From the NCBI GenBank assembly GCA_017504625.1, contig JAFVQU010000020.1:258738-322737 (forward strand): a stretch of DNA of 64,000 bases, in the 5' to 3' direction. The position numbers were made by a program, and so were the translations under genes. Below the pieces are notes generated by a model. It was given only the letters and a program-made list of their open reading frames with translations. It did not search any database and was not told the DNA's origin. Source of the stretch: Clostridia bacterium. Its GTDB lineage: Bacteria > Bacillota > Clostridia > Oscillospirales > CAG-272. Numbering within the stretch: the first letter of the stretch is position 1; every line of letters begins with the position of its first letter. Positions 58,034 to 64,000 of this stretch are shown here, piece after piece.

Positions 58034-58600
58034 ATGGTTATGAAAGTCGAACAGCTTATTGAAAAAAAGAACAAAAGCGAGCTTATATATGACGGTCGCG
58101 TGCTTCATCTCTATCGTGACGAGGTTATTTTGCCAAACGGAAACCTTGACATAAGAGAGTATTGCGCACACAACGGCGGTGTATGCGTGCTTCCCTTGAC
58201 AGATGAGGGCGAGGTAATCTGCGTAAGGCAGTACAGATATGCTTGCGAGAAAATAGTTATTGAGATTCCGGCGGGTAAGCTTGAGGCGGATGAATGGGAC
58301 GATCTTCGCGGCGCGGCTTTACGCGAGCTTAAGGAAGAAACGGGTGCTGAGTGTAAAGAACTGACCTATCTTGGAATGGTGCATCCAAATCCCGCACTTT
58401 TGAGTGAGAAAATACATATTTTCTTTGCGCGCGGACTTATGTTTGGTGAGCAAAAGCTTGATAAGGACGAATTCCTTGAATGCATAAGAATTCCGCTTGA
58501 CAAAATGCTTGAAATGATAGCGGACGGTGAGATAGTTGACGCGAAAACTCAAATAGCGGTTTTAAGAGTTAAGAATATAATTGACAAGGAAAATAAATAA
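58034..58600 (+). CDS. NUDIX hydrolase (ADP-ribose pyrophosphatase-like)
   Basis: Nudix box GKLEADEWDDLRGAALRELKEETG. Confidence 0.85.
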   Translation: MVMKVEQLIEKKNKSELIYDGRVLHLYRDEVILPNGNLDIREYCAHNGGVCVLPLTDEGEVICVRQYRYACEKIVIEIPAGKLEADEWDDLRGAALRELKEETGAECKELTYLGMVHPNPALLSEKIHIFFARGLMFGEQKLDKDEFLECIRIPLDKMLEMIADGEIVDAKTQIAVLRVKNIIDKENK

Positions 58601-58601
58601 A

Positions 58602-58635
58602 GAAAAATCCTCTCGGTTGAGAGGATTTTTCTTTA
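58602..58635. terminator. Bidirectional rho-independent terminator
   Basis: Stem aaaatcctctc (58603-58613) pairs with gagaggatttt (58618-58628). Confidence 0.8.
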
Positions 58636-59919
58636 TTTGGCAACTCTTGCTTTGCGAGTTTTTTCAATTGCTTTTTGATAAAGTATTTCGGTTGCAAAAC
58701 CGAGCTTGGTTATCACGTTTGGCTTTGTAGGATAACAATAAAATGAATCGTTTTCGGTGGAAATATCAATACAGTCAAAAGGCTTTATGTGCTGAAAATC
58801 GTATTCTACGTGCAGACTGTTTATTTCAATCGGCTTGCGCTGAATTCTGTAATCCTTGCCGTTGTAGTGACCTTCAATGATAAAGCCCTCGTCAATATCG
58901 TGTGTAAGCTTTGCGTTTCCAAGCGACTCAAATTTCCAGCATCCCGGCATTGAGTAGACGTCGATGTCATCGAAGAATGAGTAATCGCCACTGTCGATCT
59001 GCTTTTGTACCTGTTCTCTTTCCCACGCAAACCAATCGGGTACGTGAGAAAATTCGGTATTGCCGTCAAGCGCAGAAACTGTGCCGTCCTCGTTGAGAGT
59101 CCAACGCTTACCGCACTCGGTACAGAAGAATTTGCTTCCCGCAGAATCCATTTTCGATTCGGTATTACAGTGAGGACAATGGTAAAGTATCTTGTGTATT
59201 CCCTCTGCGCGATACTTTTCCGTGATAAGAATTCCGTTGTCCTTCTGATACTTGTAATCATCGTATTGTAGAGCATTTCTGATGACTTCGTTTATCTCGG
59301 CGACAGTCATCTTTTCTATTTCTTCGGGAGTAAGTATTTTGGTAAGTGTTGTATGCAGCGGTACCTTTCTCTTATGTCTGAAGTTCCAGAACGGCTGATG
59401 GAGGTAATTTCCGCGATGCACTACCGCAACTACGGGAACCTTGTTCATTTTAACAAGTGAGCCGAGCGAGTCGGGCATAAACGACGTAACACCGCAGGGC
59501 GAGTATCTTGCCTCGGGGTACATACAAAGCACGTCGCCGCGCTTGAGCACCTTGCAAATAGATTTCACAAGATGAAAATCATTTGTGAATTTACGCGTGC
59601 AGATAGCACCTATCCACTCCATAAGCCACGGGCGCATATAGTAACCGTCAATATTAACGACGTTGTTTACTCTATGATATTTCGTTGCCGTGGCAGTAAG
59701 CTCAAAGTCAACGAACGACATATGATTACTGAGTATCATATACGGAGGCTTTAGCCCCTCCATGTTTATCTTCTCGACCTTCTTTTTCTTGCCAATAAGC
59801 ATTATTCTTGACAGCGTAAGGATAAGCCATGAAAAAAACAAGGGTTGTCTTATAGGATATTTTGCTGTTTTATATCGTTTATCCTTCTTGTAATTTACCG
59901 ACATGGTGGAGTTTTCCAT
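58633..59919 (-). CDS. PlsC-family acyltransferase with a C-terminal zinc-ribbon-containing extension
   Basis: HX4D motif NHMSFVD. The zinc ribbon is CPHCN...CTECG. An AGAGGTG RBS is present. Confidence 0.75.
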   Translation of the reverse strand: MENSTMSVNYKKDKRYKTAKYPIRQPLFFSWLILTLSRIMLIGKKKKVEKINMEGLKPPYMILSNHMSFVDFELTATATKYHRVNNVVNIDGYYMRPWLMEWIGAICTRKFTNDFHLVKSICKVLKRGDVLCMYPEARYSPCGVTSFMPDSLGSLVKMNKVPVVAVVHRGNYLHQPFWNFRHKRKVPLHTTLTKILTPEEIEKMTVAEINEVIRNALQYDDYKYQKDNGILITEKYRAEGIHKILYHCPHCNTESKMDSAGSKFFCTECGKRWTLNEDGTVSALDGNTEFSHVPDWFAWEREQVQKQIDSGDYSFFDDIDVYSMPGCWKFESLGNAKLTHDIDEGFIIEGHYNGKDYRIQRKPIEINSLHVEYDFQHIKPFDCIDISTENDSFYCYPTKPNVITKLGFATEILYQKAIEKTRKARVAK

Positions 59920-59934
59920 CCGTCACCTCTTAAC

Positions 59935-60513
59935 TTAATTGAATTTTTTGAATTTCTTTCTGAATTTGATAAAATAAAGAGTTATAAGCTTTGTTAGCGC
60001 GATATCGTATATAACAAATGTCAGGTTGACTAACGCGTAAACGCCTATCGCCATCATTTCACCTGCCTCGCTCTCGCCAAATATAAGCGTAAATGCGGAC
60101 ATAAGATTTCCGTCCCCCGTTTGACCGAAGAACAGGAAATAAGCGGCGATAACTGCAATGACGAGCGCGACGTTAAGTATAAGCATCTTAAGTATCCACG
60201 AGAAGATCTTAGGAAGGCGCTCAAGCTTTTCCTTTACGATCGGATAATATCCGAAAAAGAGCAGATAAAACCACCCCGTCATGCTATACGGCATAAGGAT
60301 AACCGAAAGCACACCGGTAACCGAAAAGATAAGCCAGGGATAGATGCCGCCAAGCTCTATAACCGCAAAAATGCAGAAAAAGGATGCGAGAGCAGCCATT
60401 GTAAGATCAAGTGTTTCGATAAACGAGCCAAGAAACAGCAACGCAACACCCATTGCAGATAAAATTGCTCCGAGTGTCAGCTTTTTTGTTTGTTTTGAAA
60501 TTCCCTTGCTCAT
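59935..60513 (-). CDS. Hypothetical polytopic membrane protein
   Basis: 192 aa with about 5 TM segments and an AAGGTG RBS. It lies 9 nt downstream of the J-domain gene. Confidence 0.55.
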   Translation of the reverse strand: MSKGISKQTKKLTLGAILSAMGVALLFLGSFIETLDLTMAALASFFCIFAVIELGGIYPWLIFSVTGVLSVILMPYSMTGWFYLLFFGYYPIVKEKLERLPKIFSWILKMLILNVALVIAVIAAYFLFFGQTGDGNLMSAFTLIFGESEAGEMMAIGVYALVNLTFVIYDIALTKLITLYFIKFRKKFKKFN

Positions 60514-60522
60514 GCCAACACC

Positions 60523-61161
60523 TTAACAGCACCTGATAAGGTCGCCGCCCATACATTCACAGCAACAGTCTGCGCAAAGGAGCGTGTTACAAATATCACA
60601 TGTACTGCAACCGCCCGCGTTCGCGGTATTGTAGCCCGAGCCGTAGCCCTGCGCCTGCATATTCAAACGGTTAAGCGTGTTTCTGTACTCCGCGTTCGAG
60701 GGATCCATCTGGCAAGCGGTGCGAAGCATATTTTGCGCGTCAACGTAAAAGCCTTTTCTTATAAGCACGCAACCCATAAGGTAGTGCCATTCTGCCGCAC
60801 GGTCACCGGGATTTACCGCGTTAAGCTCAGCCTCGGCGGCGGCAATATTGCCCGCATTTATAAGTCTGCGTATATTGGCAAACTTGGGGTTTTGAGTGCT
60901 TTGTGAATTTGTGCTACCGTTATAGTTGTTATAACCGCCGTTATACGAGCTATTTGACTTTCCGCTTCTTATCTGCTGGATCTCCTCGTATGCCGCGTTT
61001 ATTTCCTTCATTTTTTCCTCTGCAAGCTCCTTAAGGTCGTTGTCGGAATATTTGTCGGGATGATACTTGCGCGCAAGCTTTCGATATGCTTCTTTTATAT
61101 CGTCATCGGTTGCCGTAGGTGATACACCAAGCACCTTATATGGATCTCTGTAATCAGCCAT
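60523..61161 (-). CDS. J-domain protein with a TPR-like middle and an extremely Cys-rich C-terminus
   Basis: DPYKVLGV...[12 protein letters not shown] carries the HPD motif. The last 28 residues, [28 protein letters not shown], contain 10 Cys. ATG 61161 was chosen as the start. Confidence 0.85.
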   Translation of the reverse strand: MADYRDPYKVLGVSPTATDDDIKEAYRKLARKYHPDKYSDNDLKELAEEKMKEINAAYEEIQQIRSGKSNSSYNGGYNNYNGSTNSQSTQNPKFANIRRLINAGNIAAAEAELNAVNPGDRAAEWHYLMGCVLIRKGFYVDAQNMLRTACQMDPSNAEYRNTLNRLNMQAQGYGSGYNTANAGGCSTCDICNTLLCADCCCECMGGDLIRCC

Positions 61162-62056
61162 TGTCTTTATTTCCTCTTGCTTTCTTGTTCTTTTTCGTGC
61201 CGCATTTAAGACCAAGGATCTCGTCTGCGACGTTGGGCATTCCTCGATAAATAATATTTTTGATTATTGACTCTACGTTACCGTCGCCGCTATATTCAAG
61301 AAGATCAAAAGCAGGCTCTGCGGCGAGAAGCTCAAGACGGAGCGAGTTCGAAATTGCCTTTCTTTTCTCGTCGTCAAGCATCCCTTTTCCGTAAAGACAT
61401 ATAAAGGGATTAAATCGTCCTTTTTTGTAATCGTCATCAATATCGTCTACCGCGTCAACGATGTATATCCATCTGCCGATATGCTTTCCGATATTTTTTA
61501 GTATTTTAGCGTTTTTTTCTTCAACTCCGTAGGATAAAACGTCAGCGAGGATATCACCGAATTTGTCTGCGGGGATATCGACTGATCCAAGTCTTTGTTC
61601 TTCTATTTCGGATAGCTCGCGAAGTCTTACCGTTACTCTTTCATCAAGCTCACTGTATTTTTTCAGAGCTTTCTTGCGCATTGATTTAGCGATAGGAGAT
61701 AGGAGCTTTGCCTTGAATTTCTTTCCGCCGCACTCGTCCGATATATCGTCTGCAATTTTGCCATAAGCAAGAATTGCCGCCGCATTTGCGCAATAATCAA
61801 GCGATTCGCAACGCGCTAGATATGCTCTTTTTCTGAATGGATGCGCTATGCATCTGCCGCGCTTGATTTCGGGAATCTCACCCGAAACCGACAAGCGAAG
61901 AAGCGCCAGAAATGCTATATCGTAACTCAATGTCATGCGTGAGCATTGTCCCGTGCATTTTCCCTGCGCTCGGCAAAGACCGCAGTACACGGCGCGGTAA
62001 TATTCATTTTCGCGTACACGCATCTCGGGCGTATCGGTACGGATATATCCGAACAT
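61154..62056 (-). CDS. DUF5685-like protein
   Basis: N-terminus [53 protein letters not shown] matches my recollection of DUF5685. ATG 62056 has an AAGGAG RBS. The gene overlaps the J-domain gene by 8 nt. Confidence 0.7.
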   Translation of the reverse strand: MFGYIRTDTPEMRVRENEYYRAVYCGLCRAQGKCTGQCSRMTLSYDIAFLALLRLSVSGEIPEIKRGRCIAHPFRKRAYLARCESLDYCANAAAILAYGKIADDISDECGGKKFKAKLLSPIAKSMRKKALKKYSELDERVTVRLRELSEIEEQRLGSVDIPADKFGDILADVLSYGVEEKNAKILKNIGKHIGRWIYIVDAVDDIDDDYKKGRFNPFICLYGKGMLDDEKRKAISNSLRLELLAAEPAFDLLEYSGDGNVESIIKNIIYRGMPNVADEILGLKCGTKKNKKARGNKDNG

Positions 62057-62122
62057 AGCATTTCTCCTTTGCACAGTAATACATCATATTATGATACACT
62101 ATTTTGCGGCAAAAGACAAGTA

Positions 62123-64000
62123 TTATTTGTAAATATTTCTTGATTGAATGTGAACTATGGGTGAAATAGGGTTGACAACAGGTTCATTTGGGTGTATACT
62201 ATAGTTGACCGAGCGAAGGGGATTTTCGGCACTGATCATATCAGTCCCGTTGTCGCTATGACCTCGGTCTTCTTTTATTTCAGTCAGATCATTGACCGAA
62301 ATCTCATTTTGATTTACTACAACGTATAGAGTAGTATTTCCTGTTCTGCTATGTTTTAATCCAAACCTAATAGGCACCAAATTGTCGTCTACGACATACC
62401 CGCCAAGTAAATTATCGAAAAACACAGTATCACTATCATGATAGTATCTATTGCTATGTCTTTCAATAACCACTGCATTTAGGGCAGTTTCTGCAAGTAT
62501 AGGTAGGAGCTTAGATATTTGCTCAGGAGAAGCCTCCTTGGTAACGCTTTCCTCGATATTTCCTTTAGAAATAACAATTTCTACACCAACATCATCAAAA
62601 TCTATTGTTCCATTAACAATTCTGAGATTTTTTGCAATATTAACGACGGCATCCTTTCCAAATTTCTTTTTTTCTTCTTCAAGTCGCGTTTTTTCCTTAA
62701 TTATCTCAGCATCAGCTTGTCCGTCATAGATAGGCGCAACAACTATTCGGTCCTTTAATATCTCCGCTCTCTCGCTATCGGTCATACCAATAGCGATTTT
62801 TGTTTTTTCTCCCTGTGCAAATTGTTTACCCGCTTGCAAATTCTCAAACGTCTGCGAATTTGCGGGCGGCATTTTTGTGCCGTTAGTGCTCATAGGAATA
62901 GCATTATTTCCAACGTTGTGGTCTGCGAAGCTGTCAAAAAGCTTTTTGTACTGTCGCAAAAGATTCCTTGCCTCGCTCGACAAGCCGTCGTGCGATGAAT
63001 AATCACGCGCCGCTCTCTTAAAGAAGCTTATGAGCCCCTTATCAGCCGAGGGTACCTCCGAGAGAATATAATCCCAAGCGTTCACGTCGCCAAGCACGTC
63101 CTCGATATATGCCGTCGCTATCTCTTCGTTAACGAGATTCAAACTATCGGCAAGAGAGAGCCCTTCGCTTCTGTACTTCTTGAGATATTGCTCGGAGATC
63201 TCACGTGACTTCTCGGGATCTATCTTCTTGAAGGCATCCGCGATCAGCTTCTCGCTACCCTTCTCTTTGAATATAGCGTGAGCCGCCTCGTGAAGCAAGA
63301 GCGTCTTCTCAAGCCTTGTTGCATCTGCCTCGGGGTTAATATAAATAGTATTTCCGTCGATAGCCGCATCCTCGTTTAATGCCGCTTTCGCATCAAATAC
63401 GATATTAAGCCCCGACCGCGCCGAAACCCTTGACATCGTGACTATTTGCGCTTCAGGAATTCCGTGAGCGCGCGCCTGCCTTACCGTCGCCCTCACTGCA
63501 CGTCTGCTCGGCTCGGATAGCTTGTTATACTCGGGCACGTTCTTTCTCGCCCACTCGTCAATTTCTGACGTCAATTGCGAAAGATCACCCTGCTCACCCG
63601 ATTGATCATTGAAATAATTGGAAGTTGATACGGATTTTTTTCCAGATTTTTTTTGCTTTTTAATCTTGACATCTATCGCTTTTTGGAGTATACTTGTAAT
63701 GAAGAGGCGAGAATCGCTTTCGGTGACCCCGGTCGTAAGCCGGTGTGTTTCCGATGAGATTTGAGCCTCTTTTTCTATTGCAACATTATGTAAGTAAAGA
63801 TACTGCATCTGAGCATCTCTTTGGAGCATAACACCCATATAGTAATCGGAAGTACCAATCTTTATAGGCGCCGCAACGACAATTCTTTCTACTCCTCCTT
63901 CTTTAACCTCGTGAAAAATAACCTTTCCTTGTGCAACCACATTGGGAATAGCTTCTATTGAGGCCAGTTTTGCTGCGGTAATACCATGTCTTATTTCTGA
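62123..64000 (-). CDS. C-terminal part (at least 625 aa) of a large polyvalent-type protein with a zincin HExxH motif; the N-terminus lies outside the window
   Basis: The reading frame stays open from 63940 to the window edge. My translation of 63941-64000 is SEIRHGITAAKLASIEAIPN with no stop. HEAAH is encoded at 63278-63292. There is a Lys-rich linker and two similarly organised modules. Confidence 0.6.
   Translation of the reverse strand, partial: SEIRHGITAAKLASIEAIPNVVAQGKVIFHEVKEGGVERIVVAAPIKIGTSDYYMGVMLQRDAQMQYLYLHNVAIEKEAQISSETHRLTTGVTESDSRLFITSILQKAIDVKIKKQKKSGKKSVSTSNYFNDQSGEQGDLSQLTSEIDEWARKNVPEYNKLSEPSRRAVRATVRQARAHGIPEAQIVTMSRVSARSGLNIVFDAKAALNEDAAIDGNTIYINPEADATRLEKTLLLHEAAHAIFKEKGSEKLIADAFKKIDPEKSREISEQYLKKYRSEGLSLADSLNLVNEEIATAYIEDVLGDVNAWDYILSEVPSADKGLISFFKRAARDYSSHDGLSSEARNLLRQYKKLFDSFADHNVGNNAIPMSTNGTKMPPANSQTFENLQAGKQFAQGEKTKIAIGMTDSERAEILKDRIVVAPIYDGQADAEIIKEKTRLEEEKKKFGKDAVVNIAKNLRIVNGTIDFDDVGVEIVISKGNIEESVTKEASPEQISKLLPILAETALNAVVIERHSNRYYHDSDTVFFDNLLGGYVVDDNLVPIRFGLKHSRTGNTTLYVVVNQNEISVNDLTEIKEDRGHSDNGTDMISAENPLRSVNYSIHPNEPVVNPISPIVHIQSRNIYK

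Noticed and set aside
1-64000. CRISPR arrays, rRNA, IS elements or transposases, toxin-antitoxin pairs, and known defence-system genes.
   Set aside because: I saw no regularly spaced direct repeats, no transposase, integrase or recombinase motifs, and no recognisable defence gene signatures in any listed ORF. This conclusion is limited to inspection by eye.

Overview
This 64 kb window looks like core chromosome of a spore-forming Firmicute. A Clostridia / Oscillospiraceae-like origin is my inference from gene content (dpaAB, whiA, comEC/comFC, DUF1385, DUF5685); it is not a database result. Coding density is high and most genes are housekeeping:
- Replication, translation and tRNA modification: dnaE, a parC/gyrA-like subunit A, alaS, prfA, rqcH, dusB, and the t6A genes tsaC/tsaE/tsaB/tcdA.
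- Cell wall: murB, murE, a lytic transglycosylase and a PBP fragment.
- Isoprenoid: ispE, ispD, ispF.
- Pentose phosphate and PRPP: rpiB, rpe, prs.
- CoA: coaE, coaW.
- Sporulation: dpaA, dpaB.
- Stress: hslO.
- One tRNA-Arg(CCT).

I found no CRISPR array, rRNA, transposase or integrase.

Non-routine items:
1. A polyvalent-type protein with an HEAAH motif runs off the right edge and may mark a mobile-element boundary.
2. A translationally coupled DUF5685 gene and Cys-rich J-domain gene form a module of unknown function.
3. A cobalamin-riboswitch-like leader precedes a DUF4430 lipoprotein and a small polytopic membrane protein.
4. tsaC (sua5/ywlC) carries a 1-nt frameshift.
5. A visibly AT-rich pair of apparently paralogous membrane proteins sits directly after dnaE.
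6. A roughly 1050 aa multidomain GH99/WbsX-like protein has no leader peptide and no Shine-Dalgarno.

All family calls rest on motif recognition by eye. Nothing here clearly amounts to a complete new system, and I rank the candidates accordingly.
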